DNA of 64,000 bases from Hypnocyclicus thermotrophus (lineage in GTDB: Bacteria > Fusobacteriota > Fusobacteriia > Fusobacteriales > Fusobacteriaceae): the NCBI RefSeq assembly GCF_004365575.1, contig NZ_SOBG01000003.1, positions 196,997-260,996 of the forward strand, in the 5' to 3' direction. Numbering within the stretch: position 1 is the first letter of the stretch; every line of letters starts with the position of its first letter. Below, one piece after another: positions 8,819 through 18,335 of the stretch. A program made the translations under genes and the position numbers. A model generated the notes under the pieces. That model was not told the origin of the DNA. It was given only the letters and a program-made list of their open reading frames with translations, and made no database searches.

Positions 8819-10055
8819 CGCTTACCTCCACTTCTTTGTAGGAGTAGGTAAGACCGTCTCTTTGCACTTTTACATTATCGAAAGAACCGACCTGTTCAAT
8901 ATATCTTTTTACAATAACATCGCAGTATTTTTCATCAAGTTCTACAGTATAGCAGATACGGTTAGCCTGCTCACAGGCAATTAGTGTACTTCCTGAACCT
9001 CCAAATGGGTCTAGTACAATACAGTTACTCATACTGGAATTCATAATCGGATAAGCAAGCAGAGGAATAGGTTTCATGGTAGGATGATCAGCACTTTTCC
9101 TTGGTTTATCAAATTCCCAGATAGTGGATTCTTTTCTCCCCGTGTACCACTGATGTTTTCCTTTTTTCTTCCATCCAAACAGTACTGGTTCATGCTGCCA
9201 TTGATAAGGAGAACGTCCAAGCACTAAGCTTTGCTTTTTCCAAATACAAGTACCAGATAAATAAAATCCGGCATTAGCAAATGCTTTGCGGAAATTTAGC
9301 CCCTCTGTATCTGCATGAAACACATAAATGCTTGCATCTTCTGCCATGACCTTTTCCATATTAGTAAAAGCATCAAAAAGGAATTGATAAAATGTATCCT
9401 TTTCCATGTTGTCATTTTTAATCTTACCTGCACTACCTTCGTAATTTACATTGTACGGAGGGTCTGTTATAACCAAATTTGCTTTTTTCTTACCCATAAG
9501 CAAATCATAAGTTTTTGCTTTGGTAGAATCACCGCAAACTAAACGGTGCTTTCCTAAAAACCACACATCTCCTGTTTTTGACATAGTTGGTTTCTTAAGC
9601 TCTTCATCGACATCAAAGTCATCATCATGGATACCATCTTTTAGCGTATCTTTAAAAAGGTCATCCAATTCTTCGGGTTCAAACCCAGTAAGCGATACAT
9701 CAAAATCTGTACCCTGCAAATCAGAAATTAATATGGCAAGTTTATCTTTATCCCAATCACCGCTTATTTTATTAAGAGCTATGTTAAGAGCCTTTTCTTT
9801 TTCATCTGACATTTCAATAACAACACACTCAACCTCTGTAATTCCCATATCAATGAGCACCTTTAATCTTTGATGTCCACCAACAACACGTCCTGTAGCC
9901 TTATTCCAGATAACAGGCTCAACATAACCAAATTGTTCAATGGAACGTTTCAGCTTTTCATATTCAGCATCCCCTGGTTTTAAATCCTTACGAGGATTAT
10001 AATCAGCGGGAAGTAAATCTACTGTATTCTTTTTTTCAATATTCATTACCCACAC
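8805..10055 (-). CDS. ParB-like nuclease domain fused to N6-adenine/N4-cytosine DNA methyltransferase (beta class)
   Basis: The N-terminus has a ParB/Srx-like fold pattern (VGGHQRL). A DPPY motif precedes a DPFGGSGST AdoMet motif, which is the beta-class order. It overlaps the downstream C5-methyltransferase by 14 nt. Confidence 0.85.
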   Translation of the reverse strand: MWVMNIEKKNTVDLLPADYNPRKDLKPGDAEYEKLKRSIEQFGYVEPVIWNKATGRVVGGHQRLKVLIDMGITEVECVVIEMSDEKEKALNIALNKISGDWDKDKLAILISDLQGTDFDVSLTGFEPEELDDLFKDTLKDGIHDDDFDVDEELKKPTMSKTGDVWFLGKHRLVCGDSTKAKTYDLLMGKKKANLVITDPPYNVNYEGSAGKIKNDNMEKDTFYQFLFDAFTNMEKVMAEDASIYVFHADTEGLNFRKAFANAGFYLSGTCIWKKQSLVLGRSPYQWQHEPVLFGWKKKGKHQWYTGRKESTIWEFDKPRKSADHPTMKPIPLLAYPIMNSSMSNCIVLDPFGGSGSTLIACEQANRICYTVELDEKYCDVIVKRYIEQVGSFDNVKVQRDGLTYSYKEVEVSDETK

Positions 10056-10205
10056 CGCCTTTCTAATAGCTTGAATAAACCTTTTCTTGCCCCTTCAATA
10101 TCTCCCGCAAATGCCTGACCCTTAATGGTACGAAACTGCTGATAGGTCAGATTGCTTTTATTGTTTTTCAGCGTTTTCATAAATTGTATTAATCCTTTTT
10201 TCATA

Positions 10206-10868
10206 TCATTTTCCTTTCCTCGCAGTAAGTAATCGCTCCATCAAATCGTCTTGTGGACTATTTCCTCCAAACTCAACGCTACAGTTTTCTTTCACTATCT
10301 GATAAATCTGATACCAACACTGATTTACCTGTTTCATGTAGGTCTGACTCATTGATACATATGGAGATGCTATAGCATTTCCAGTTGTTGGATGTTTAGC
10401 AAGAAATCCATATTCAGAGATACATTCCTCACATTGAATCCAACGAGAAACGCTCATGGCATATTGCTCGATAAGCTGGTTGTTTACTAACATTTCACAG
10501 CCACGTTCTTTAAGCCATTGATATGTATCTCTATACACTCCTTCAGCACATAGGTCTTTACCATTTTTTTGAGCTGCCTTTAGATAATCTTTTACAGGCG
10601 GTATATCTGCTCCTTCAATATCAATAGGCTCCGGAAGTACCCTTGTGCCTTTTAATCTTCCGTCAGCAATTTTGTCTGTTAATGCTTTGCTTTTTCTACC
10701 TGAACCAACTCGCTGACCACCTCTTGCAGTACCGTCCTTTGCCACCTCTATACACCCCACTTCCTTTGATAGGGTTAATACCCCCTTTGATTTCTGATTT
10801 TTGTACGCAAGACCCCAGGCCGTTGCCCGGCATAAAAGGTGTAGAGATTTAGATACCCCTTGGGTCAC
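10206..10868 (-). CDS. phage terminase small subunit (P27-like family)
   Basis: The N-terminal basic arm is ARGGQRVGSGRKSK. The C-terminal pattern YQWLKERGC...LIEQYAMSVSRWIQCEE...GFLAKHPTTGNAIASPYVSMSQTYMKQVNQ is typical of P27-family small terminases. It lies directly downstream of the HNH gene with a 4-nt overlap. Confidence 0.65.
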   Translation of the reverse strand: MTQGVSKSLHLLCRATAWGLAYKNQKSKGVLTLSKEVGCIEVAKDGTARGGQRVGSGRKSKALTDKIADGRLKGTRVLPEPIDIEGADIPPVKDYLKAAQKNGKDLCAEGVYRDTYQWLKERGCEMLVNNQLIEQYAMSVSRWIQCEECISEYGFLAKHPTTGNAIASPYVSMSQTYMKQVNQCWYQIYQIVKENCSVEFGGNSPQDDLMERLLTARKGK

Positions 10869-11248
10869 TTACGAATCTGCCTATCACCAAGTTCAAAATG
10901 AATCTTATTGTGACAAGATTTACAAAGAGACATTAAATTACTTTTATCATGTGTACCACCTTGAGAGATAGGAACAATATGATGTACTTCTTTTGCGGGA
11001 GTTAGTTTGCCGTCTTTTTGACACATTTCACACAAAGGATGTTGTGAAATATATCTGTCACGAATTCTTTTCCAGGCTCTTCCATACTTTTTATTAACAT
11101 CTTTAGAACGCTCATACTTATCGTAGCGTCTTCGCTCTTGTGTCCTATGAATTTCACAGTACTGTCCCTCCGTTAGGTTTGGGCATCCTGGATAGCTACA
11201 TGGATGTTTTGGTTTTCTTGGCACATGTTCACCTCCCTTTTCTGGCAT
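10865..11248 (-). CDS. HNH endonuclease (terminase-associated)
   Basis: It has a Cys-rich HNH core (CSYPGCPN...CEIHR...HHIVPISQGGTHDKSNLMSLCKSCHNKIH). Confidence 0.85.
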   Translation of the reverse strand: MPEKGGEHVPRKPKHPCSYPGCPNLTEGQYCEIHRTQERRRYDKYERSKDVNKKYGRAWKRIRDRYISQHPLCEMCQKDGKLTPAKEVHHIVPISQGGTHDKSNLMSLCKSCHNKIHFELGDRQIRK

Positions 11249-11369
11249 AGAAAAAGCCCTGCAGGAATTTCTCCCACAAGGCTTATATCAATTCTTTTTT
11301 GCTGATTATACTATATCGTAAATGTAAGGTGCTTATCTCTGCTCAAAACTGCTTATTTCGATGCAACTT

Positions 11370-11795
11370 TTAAATTGTTATTGGTTTTTCTGGTAACACT
11401 ACATGGTTTAATGCATTCCCATGCCATCTTCTAACTGTACTCTTATCAGCATTTAGTTCATCACCAATCTGTTCCCAAGTGAGGTTATGGATATAACGAT
11501 AACGAAGAACCATCTGCTCATCCGTGTTTGACACTTTTTCTATAACTTCACGGACTTGTTCTTTAAGATTCACAAGGCGATCAACCTCAGCATTGATTTT
11601 ATTTTCTAAATCCATAATCCGCTCAAGGCATCTCACAAATGGAGCATTAGTATTACGAGAATGACTAACCTTCTCATCCCAGTTTGGAGAAGAAACACTT
11701 GTTGCCATCGCTCTTAAACGTTCTATTTCTTCAATGTCTGAATTTATCCTTTGATCAAGTCTGTAAGCCTGATGTAAATATTCTTTAGCTTTCAT
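11370..11795 (-). CDS. ArpU/RinA-like late-gene transcriptional activator (sigma-70 region-4-like HTH)
   Basis: The C-terminal YRYIHNLTWEQIGDELNADKSTVRRWHGNAL is a sigma-70 region-4-type HTH. The gene sits immediately upstream of the HNH and terminase genes. Confidence 0.5.
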   Translation of the reverse strand: MKAKEYLHQAYRLDQRINSDIEEIERLRAMATSVSSPNWDEKVSHSRNTNAPFVRCLERIMDLENKINAEVDRLVNLKEQVREVIEKVSNTDEQMVLRYRYIHNLTWEQIGDELNADKSTVRRWHGNALNHVVLPEKPITI

Positions 11796-12019
11796 TCCCC
11801 AAACACCTCCATTCTTAGTTTTGTTATCAAAAAATCCCCATCAATAGAAGTAAGTTCTCTATAACAATCAGAGTGGAAAAATCTCTCTACTTCAGCTATA
11901 GTACCTTTTGCAGGCTCATAACGAGGACAATTTTTAATTTTTTTTAGTGCATCCCTATAATCTTTAACAGCTTGCAATATAATGGCATTTGCAAGTTGTT
12001 CATACGGTTCAATCATCAC
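11792..12019 (-). CDS. hypothetical phage protein
   Basis: A 75-aa ORF that overlaps neighbouring genes by 4 nt at both ends. Confidence 0.35.
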   Translation of the reverse strand: MMIEPYEQLANAIILQAVKDYRDALKKIKNCPRYEPAKGTIAEVERFFHSDCYRELTSIDGDFLITKLRMEVFGE

Positions 12020-13419
12020 ACCACCTCCAACTTTGCTTTTACAGCTTTTATTAGAGAGGCTTGGGAGTTTTCTTTTCTGATAAGTGCTTTCATTACATCT
12101 TCATCAATTGTGCCTTTTGTAATTATATGGTGGATGACAACCATATCTTTTTGCCCTTGCCTGTAAAGCCTTGCATTTGTTTGGCTGTAGAGTTCTAAAG
12201 ACCAGGTAAGACCAAACCATATAAGCGTTGAACCTCCTTTTTGAAGGTTTAGACCATGTCCTGCAGATGCAGGATGAATTACAGCAATAGGAATTTTACC
12301 TTCATTCCAATCCTTAATATCTTTTGATGTTTTTATCTGTCTTACATTAAACCTTTTGTTTATTCGTTCAAAGTCATGCTTATACCAATAGGCGATAAGT
12401 ACAGGCTTACCATTAGCACCTTCAATTAAATCTTCAAGAATATCAAGTTTACGGTTATGAATATGATGTGTTCTATTTTCTTCATCATAGACAGCACCAT
12501 TTGCCATCTGGAGGAGTTTCCCTGAAAGAACCGCAGCATTAGCTGCATCAATTTCATCATCTCCAAGTTTTGCCACCATATCATCTCTAAAATCCGAATA
12601 TATCGACCATTCCTTATCATCAAGAAAAGCAAAGACTTTGTTTATCACACATTCTGGCATTTTCAGATAATCACAGGATTTCATGGAGATAGTAATATCT
12701 GATATCTGCTTATAAATCTTCTCTTCAGCACCTGGAAGTGGTTTATATGAAAAAATCATTTGAGCATTTCGTTTGTCTGGGCAAAAGAAGGTATTACGGT
12801 AGTGGGTGATATACCTTCCAAGTCTTTGACCCAAATCAAGGATCCGAAACTCTGCCCATAAATCCATAAGTCCATTACTTGAAGGAGTACCTGTTAGACC
12901 AACAATCCTTTTTGCTTTGGGTCTAACTTTCAAAAGACTTTTGAAACGCTTGGCACCATAGGATTTAAATGATGACAGCTCATCAATAACAACCATATCA
13001 AAATCAAAAGGAATACCACTCTTATTTACAAGCCAATCTACATTTTCACGATTAATGATATAAACCGTTGCTCTTTTCATAAGAGCATTTATTCTATTTT
13101 TTTCACTACCCACTGCCACAGAATAGGAAAGTCCTTTTAAATGATCCCATTTCTCTATTTCCTCAGGCCATGTATCTCTCGCCACACGAAGAGGCGCAAT
13201 CACTAAAACTTTTCTAACAAGGAAGCTGTCCATGCAAAGTTCAAATATAGCAGTTAAAGTAATTATACTTTTACCAAGACCCATTTCTAGAAATACCGCA
13301 GATACGGGGTGCTTTAAAATAAAGTCTGTTGCATAATTTTGATATTTATGTGGATTGTATTTCATTGAGTATCCCTCCAATCTGCTCAATTCTATCAATG
13401 CAGTAAACCGAAAAGCCAA
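12016..13419 (-). CDS. SNF2-family DEAD/DEAH-box helicase
   Basis: A Walker A motif GLGKS, a DELSSFKS box and a helicase C-terminal block (HPASAGHGLNLQ, LYRQGQ) are present. Confidence 0.9.
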   Translation of the reverse strand: MAFRFTALIELSRLEGYSMKYNPHKYQNYATDFILKHPVSAVFLEMGLGKSIITLTAIFELCMDSFLVRKVLVIAPLRVARDTWPEEIEKWDHLKGLSYSVAVGSEKNRINALMKRATVYIINRENVDWLVNKSGIPFDFDMVVIDELSSFKSYGAKRFKSLLKVRPKAKRIVGLTGTPSSNGLMDLWAEFRILDLGQRLGRYITHYRNTFFCPDKRNAQMIFSYKPLPGAEEKIYKQISDITISMKSCDYLKMPECVINKVFAFLDDKEWSIYSDFRDDMVAKLGDDEIDAANAAVLSGKLLQMANGAVYDEENRTHHIHNRKLDILEDLIEGANGKPVLIAYWYKHDFERINKRFNVRQIKTSKDIKDWNEGKIPIAVIHPASAGHGLNLQKGGSTLIWFGLTWSLELYSQTNARLYRQGQKDMVVIHHIITKGTIDEDVMKALIRKENSQASLIKAVKAKLEVV

Positions 13420-13666
13420 GTGATTCCAACTTATCTTTTTGTCTTACTTGTAAAGCCCTCATTTTTTTACCAGGGGTCTTTAATTCAACAAAAGCAATTT
13501 TCCCCATAGGTAAAAGCACAATTCTGTCTGGCACACCATCTAAACCAGGACTTACAAATTTGGGTGCCATTCCTCCCATCTTCTTCACTGCTGCTACAAG
13601 CTTTCTTTCTATATATTTTTCTTGCATAAAATCCTCCATTTCCGGCATAAGGAACAACAGGCACAA
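13346..13666 (-). CDS. VRR-NUC domain nuclease
   Basis: The core pattern VKKMGGMAPKFVSPGLDGVPDRIVLLPMGKIAFVELKTPGKK matches VRR-NUC. The true start is probably an internal Met near 13627. Confidence 0.7.
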   Translation of the reverse strand: MCLLFLMPEMEDFMQEKYIERKLVAAVKKMGGMAPKFVSPGLDGVPDRIVLLPMGKIAFVELKTPGKKMRALQVRQKDKLESLGFSVYCIDRIEQIGGILNEIQST

Positions 13667-13851
13667 CTTTGGACGATTTTCCTATACGCGCGCATACATA
13701 CATATGCACACGCTATTTACCTTTTATTTTTAATTAATTATTAAGTAGGTAAATTCTTGTTCCTGTTATTCCTCAAAAGCCAAAGTATCGATATTTCCTA
13801 TGTTTTTAAGAAAACAACATCGGAAACAACCTAAGAACAAGTGAACTACCG

Positions 13852-16209
13852 TTACTCGCTTCGAGAGTAACAACGCTGCTTACCGTAAATTGGGAACATC
13901 ATTGTTCCGTTCTTGTTCCCTTTATACTTGTTCCACTCGGAGAGCTTACGCATAATAGCAGCAATAGCATATGAATCAGCAGGCTTTAATGCGGATGCCT
14001 CTTTTCCAAAACATTCACACCATATTTCCATATTACAGACAAAAGTTCGTTTAACCGACCCTTCATGGTTATCTCCACCAAATTCACTACCGTTTAAAAA
14101 ATTACGACGTTCGAATAAAGACATATTGTCCCAATCCTTAGGAAGTAAAATATCAAGGTAACTGCGAACCAATCCTTCACGCTCATCTGATTCCATTGCA
14201 TCTGCCTGTTCAAGTGTTGCAATATTAGCCTCTTGACCTTCAAGATAGAGTTTTTCTCCTTTTGCATACATAAGCAAAGTTTCTGCCCATATCTGCTCCA
14301 CATCATATACAGACATTTGCCAGGATTTCTTTTTTGATCCACCTTGTATCGGTACAGGCCAAAATCTACGGTTACCTGTTATATCTCGCAAGAACCCACT
14401 TTCAGCATTGGTTGAGCCTACAATAATACACTGTCTGGGATGACTTTCCACATTAATCCCATACGATGCACGATACTTATCATCCACACGGGTAATAAAG
14501 GATTTTACCGTTTCTACATCGGTTTTTCGCATACCATTAAGTTCTCCTAGTTCCAAAATCCAATATCCCTGCAGTTTTTCAGCACCAGATTTATCTTTCA
14601 TATCCGTAAGCGTTAAGCTATCAGAAAACCAATCCCCAGCAAGCTTTGCAAAGAATGTGGACTTACCAATTCCTTGTGGACCGTTAAGTATCAGTACACT
14701 GTCAAACTTTGTACCTGGATGATAAATACGGGTTACCGCCGCGACCATCATCTTTCTTGTAACTGCTCTTGTATAGGAATTATCAGTTGCTCCAAAATAA
14801 TCGACAAGCAAAGTTTCAACTCTTTTCACACTATCCCATTCTGGTAGGTTGTCAAGATATTCTTTTATAGGGTGATAGGCACGTTCTGCTGCTACAGCCA
14901 GTATTGCATCCTTTGTTTTTGTAGGTGAATAAATTCCATATTTATTAGAAAGATACACTTTCAATGCTGCATTATCAGAATCGCTCCAACCATCCTTCAT
15001 TTGTACCCAAGGTAGTCCGTTTTTTGCATCAATACCATCACGGTGTTTATTAAAAGCAATGGACTGTAGTTCCGAATCATTTCGAAGAATAAGAACAATA
15101 TTATCAAGGGTTTCCTTGATTTTTCCTTGCTTATCCAGTTCAAGTGCTGTCTGCCAATCACTTTGGGTAAACTCAACCACAGTTTGTTCAATACGCTCTT
15201 TTGCAAACTGAGCTTTTACTTCTTCATCTTTAATGGCAAACTCACACATAGCTATATATGACGGAAGTTTGCTGGGAGATGTTGTTTGTACTACTCTATC
15301 ATCAAGATTGCCAAATTTATGAATACGGACCATGTCAAAGGCATTGAGTAGCCTACCACTTGCAGGATCTGTCGCATGATGAGAATATGCGAACTTATCA
15401 TCATAGATAATGACACCAGCACTTGAATCAGCAGGTATATAATCATATCTGCCTGAAATAGCAGAAGGCTCATATACCTCTTTAAGAAATTTATCAATTG
15501 CTGCTCTCACGGAATAAGTACGGCAAAAAGTACCGACAACCCCCTCTTTAGAAAGCGGATCAGCCTGTTCTTTTAATGAGCGATTTATTACTTCAGATTG
15601 CCTGCTTGATACTGGCCAAGTCGTTGTATCACGCCAATCATCGTATTTATCTAAAAATATATCTGGATCAAGCAATGCCCCATCTTTTTCCTTATATACA
15701 AACTCACCGTTCCTAGAAGTGGACGGCCAATACATCAACCTTTCCGGTTCGTAGGTTGTATCGTCAAAAAGATCTATACCGATTTCTTTTGCAACCATTC
15801 GACTAACTGCTACATACTCCTCTTCACTAACATCTCTTAAAAAAGGAATAATAAGACGTAATCTTGGACTTTTCGGTGTGTGTTTATGTGTTGAATAAAT
15901 ACAACATTGATATGGAAATAAGGTGCAAATTTCTCCCCATATATTAGGTGTTCCATAATCCATATCAAGTGTAAGCATAGATCGTGATAATACATTGCCT
16001 TTCTTTCTTCTTCCATTTTTTAAATGACCACCAACAAAGCCACCAACATCCTTAATGGAATCCTGTCCACCCTTTTTCATCTTTCGATATTCTTCTTGAG
16101 TTTCGGTAGTACGTTGTGTTGTTTTGACCCGATTACAGAAATCTTCCCAAGTAACATCACTGTTTTTCCATTTCTTATCCAATCGGCTGTTACCATATGC
16201 TATTTTCAT
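13852..16209 (-). CDS. phage DNA primase / virulence-associated protein E (VirE) family, P-loop NTPase
   Basis: A 785-aa protein. The C-terminal part has a P-loop (ILNGPQGIGKST). The N-terminal part is primase-like. It sits in the replication module. Confidence 0.8.
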   Translation of the reverse strand: MKIAYGNSRLDKKWKNSDVTWEDFCNRVKTTQRTTETQEEYRKMKKGGQDSIKDVGGFVGGHLKNGRRKKGNVLSRSMLTLDMDYGTPNIWGEICTLFPYQCCIYSTHKHTPKSPRLRLIIPFLRDVSEEEYVAVSRMVAKEIGIDLFDDTTYEPERLMYWPSTSRNGEFVYKEKDGALLDPDIFLDKYDDWRDTTTWPVSSRQSEVINRSLKEQADPLSKEGVVGTFCRTYSVRAAIDKFLKEVYEPSAISGRYDYIPADSSAGVIIYDDKFAYSHHATDPASGRLLNAFDMVRIHKFGNLDDRVVQTTSPSKLPSYIAMCEFAIKDEEVKAQFAKERIEQTVVEFTQSDWQTALELDKQGKIKETLDNIVLILRNDSELQSIAFNKHRDGIDAKNGLPWVQMKDGWSDSDNAALKVYLSNKYGIYSPTKTKDAILAVAAERAYHPIKEYLDNLPEWDSVKRVETLLVDYFGATDNSYTRAVTRKMMVAAVTRIYHPGTKFDSVLILNGPQGIGKSTFFAKLAGDWFSDSLTLTDMKDKSGAEKLQGYWILELGELNGMRKTDVETVKSFITRVDDKYRASYGINVESHPRQCIIVGSTNAESGFLRDITGNRRFWPVPIQGGSKKKSWQMSVYDVEQIWAETLLMYAKGEKLYLEGQEANIATLEQADAMESDEREGLVRSYLDILLPKDWDNMSLFERRNFLNGSEFGGDNHEGSVKRTFVCNMEIWCECFGKEASALKPADSYAIAAIMRKLSEWNKYKGNKNGTMMFPIYGKQRCYSRSE

Positions 16210-16721
16210 AGAGTATCTACCTCCGCAAACTTGCTGTTAAAATACCTGACCTTTTGTTTTCGACTTTTTGCTTTATTAATTTCGATGCTCATACCGTTAG
16301 ATATTACATCTCCAAGTACCCATACCTCTTGGCATTTACCCATAAGGATAATATCCATGAAAATGGCAAGGTCACGTTCTTTCGCATCAGCATCATTCAT
16401 AAATTGTGGAAACATGAGATGAGGTGCTAGAGGAATATTTCCATTCTCTAATGCAAAACGGCAAAATTCCTGAGTTCGTTTGATGTTGCATTTGGTATTG
16501 CCACTAAAAGGGGAGCAAATGTACACCAATGGACGGAAAGCAGGTTTTAACGCTGCTTTCTCTTCCTTTACAATATTGGTTATTGCTTCATATGGAGTAG
16601 GGTCATGATATCTTTCAGCATTAAATTTATTTATGTTCATCATAACCACCTCCGTCTCTAATTTTTTTACTACATTCATTACAATATATTGCAGTACCAA
16701 ATAAATCACTTTCACCATCAC
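16206..16721 (-). CDS. DUF4406-like (nucleoside 2-deoxyribosyltransferase-like fold) protein
   Basis: The pattern VYICSPFSG...PLAPHLMFPQ...ERDLAIFMDIILMGKCQEVWVLG matches this fold. The probable start is the internal MMNINKF. Confidence 0.5.
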   Translation of the reverse strand: MMVKVIYLVLQYIVMNVVKKLETEVVMMNINKFNAERYHDPTPYEAITNIVKEEKAALKPAFRPLVYICSPFSGNTKCNIKRTQEFCRFALENGNIPLAPHLMFPQFMNDADAKERDLAIFMDIILMGKCQEVWVLGDVISNGMSIEINKAKSRKQKVRYFNSKFAEVDTL

Positions 16722-16899
16722 CTAAGATTTCTCCAATATCAACCATTACTTCAGCACCACACATTGGGCAGTGACAAAAAACATTCTCATCAGTTATTTC
16801 AATGGATATCTCCATAGAATCATTCAATCTTTCCTTCACATAAAACATAGTAAAACCCCTCCTTAATTTTTGTTTTCTTCCATCTTCAACTTGTACCAT
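16627..16899 (-). CDS. small zinc-ribbon protein
   Basis: It has C-x2-C ... C-x2-C pairs (CHCPMCG, CNECSKK). The likely start is the internal MFYVKE. Confidence 0.35.
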   Translation of the reverse strand: MVQVEDGRKQKLRRGFTMFYVKERLNDSMEISIEITDENVFCHCPMCGAEVMVDIGEILGDGESDLFGTAIYCNECSKKIRDGGGYDEHK

Positions 16900-17615
16900 T
16901 CCAAATAACGCTTACGCTGCCCGTAATCTGGAATAGCTACTAATAAGCCAACATCTACTTTTTGTAATGTATCTAGCATTGTAATCTGCTCATCAGATAG
17001 ATAGGGGCGAATGCTTTTTCCTTTTTCAATGCCATTTGCTAGTCTAAACTGCTTTGCAGTCATTCCGATAACGATGCGATTTAACATATTACATTCATTA
17101 CTGAAGTGATATGGCTTAGGATTTTCATGAAGTAGCTTTATGTTTGAGGTCAACAATGGAAATTCTTGTCTTGCAGATACAAGGGTTTTAATGAAACTCT
17201 CCATCTCGTTGAACCTGCGAATGTAAAGTTCTTTGAACTTCATTGCTTTTTGCCCTGTGTATCCCATCACCAACATTGTAAAGCCGTCTCGTGTCATAAA
17301 ATAACAGGGTAGCTTTCTGCCTGTACTGTCCTTATAAAAATCAGATTTAAAATTAGAATGAATAAAATCTTCACTCAGCCCAGATTTGGGCTCAGTAATT
17401 CTTGCAATATCCCGCAGAACATGTTTGTGTTGTTTTTCAAAGAACTCTGCCACATATAAACTGTCTACTCTTGCAGTATCCTTTCTGTCGGCAAACACTC
17501 CGTATTGATCTTTAGGTATTAATTCTCTCATCAGAATTACCTCCTTAAATTTTATTTGGAGGATTGACCTCCTACCTAGTAGCCTTGGGAGAAGGTCAAA
17601 TCTGACATTTTTCAA
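16863..17615 (-). CDS. Rha-family phage regulatory protein (antirepressor-like)
   Basis: The N-terminal block VDSLYVAEFFEKQHKHVLRDI is the Rha signature. The probable start is at MRELIPK. Confidence 0.65.
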   Translation of the reverse strand: MKNVRFDLLPRLLGRRSILQIKFKEVILMRELIPKDQYGVFADRKDTARVDSLYVAEFFEKQHKHVLRDIARITEPKSGLSEDFIHSNFKSDFYKDSTGRKLPCYFMTRDGFTMLVMGYTGQKAMKFKELYIRRFNEMESFIKTLVSARQEFPLLTSNIKLLHENPKPYHFSNECNMLNRIVIGMTAKQFRLANGIEKGKSIRPYLSDEQITMLDTLQKVDVGLLVAIPDYGQRKRYLEWYKLKMEENKN

Positions 17616-18144
17616 AAATTTCTTTTAATTTTTTCTCTGCGCGTTTTAGTTTTTTTGTAATGTTATTTTCATTTACACCTAAGCTCTTGGCATATTCTCT
17701 TATAGGAGTTCCATCGATTCTTACTGCAATAAAGATGTCTGCCCATTCCTGTTTTTTACCAAGAGCAGAACGTATTTTTTGACATACATCCTCATATTCA
17801 TATTGGTGATTACGTTCAATTTCTTGTGTATCGTCTGCAATGGTATCCATTACGTCAGTTTCATCCTCAGATTCATCATCCTTGCGGTAGGGAGTCTTTG
17901 GATTGCCAAGATGTCTATGATATCTACGCCAGTGGTTGTATTCTTTACTGTTCATGAGGTCAAACATTTCCTGTACAGTCTCACAACGCTTTACTTCTGC
18001 CTTCTTTTCTGGCTTTGCCTCTGCAAGACGTTGCTCATAGTCAATATCTAGCATGACACTGTAATCATTATCTGGAATTTCAATTGTGGTGTAGAACTTG
18101 TGACCGTTTTTGATGTTGTCTTCATATAAAACTCGAATCTTCAT
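17596..18144 (-). CDS. sigma-70 region-4-like / ECF-sigma-like phage protein
   Basis: The C-terminal segment IFIAVRIDGTPIREYAKSLGVNENNITKKLKRAEKKLKE is a sigma region-4-type HTH. A GGAAAGGAA RBS precedes the ATG. Confidence 0.45.
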   Translation of the reverse strand: MKIRVLYEDNIKNGHKFYTTIEIPDNDYSVMLDIDYEQRLAEAKPEKKAEVKRCETVQEMFDLMNSKEYNHWRRYHRHLGNPKTPYRKDDESEDETDVMDTIADDTQEIERNHQYEYEDVCQKIRSALGKKQEWADIFIAVRIDGTPIREYAKSLGVNENNITKKLKRAEKKLKEIFEKCQI

Positions 18145-18335
18145 TAAGTATTCCTTTCCGTCCTGTCATTGGGCGGCGGAATACAAAAAGAGCCTGTGGC
18201 TAAGATGACCACAGACTCCACTTGTCCAAAATTGGGCGCAGGAAACCACGGTGGGTGCATCTTCATTCCAAACACAGTCTTTATCACTGTGTTCTGAACT
18301 CTTATGCATCCCGCCGTCCTAATGCGCATCTCGGA
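18145..18335 (-). promoter_or_regulatory. GC-rich structured 5' leader with embedded intrinsic terminator (candidate attenuator/antitermination element)
   Basis: On the minus strand, a 10-bp stem hairpin (GAGUCUGUGG/CCACAGGCUC) followed by UUUUUGUAUU ends ~40 nt before the start codon. Long-range GC arms (GGGCGGCGG at 18171-18180 and CCCGCCGTCC at 18306-18318) and a second hairpin (ACACAGT...ACTGTGT) can form alternative structures. Confidence 0.4.
18183..18219 (-). terminator. intrinsic terminator inside the leader
   Basis: The minus-strand stem-loop GAGUCUGUGG-UCAUCUUAG-CCACAGGCUC is followed by a U-run. Confidence 0.5.

Noticed and set aside
13485-13709. ORF 13485..13709 (-)
   Set aside because: It overlaps the VRR-NUC gene in another frame and extends into the candidate origin repeats.
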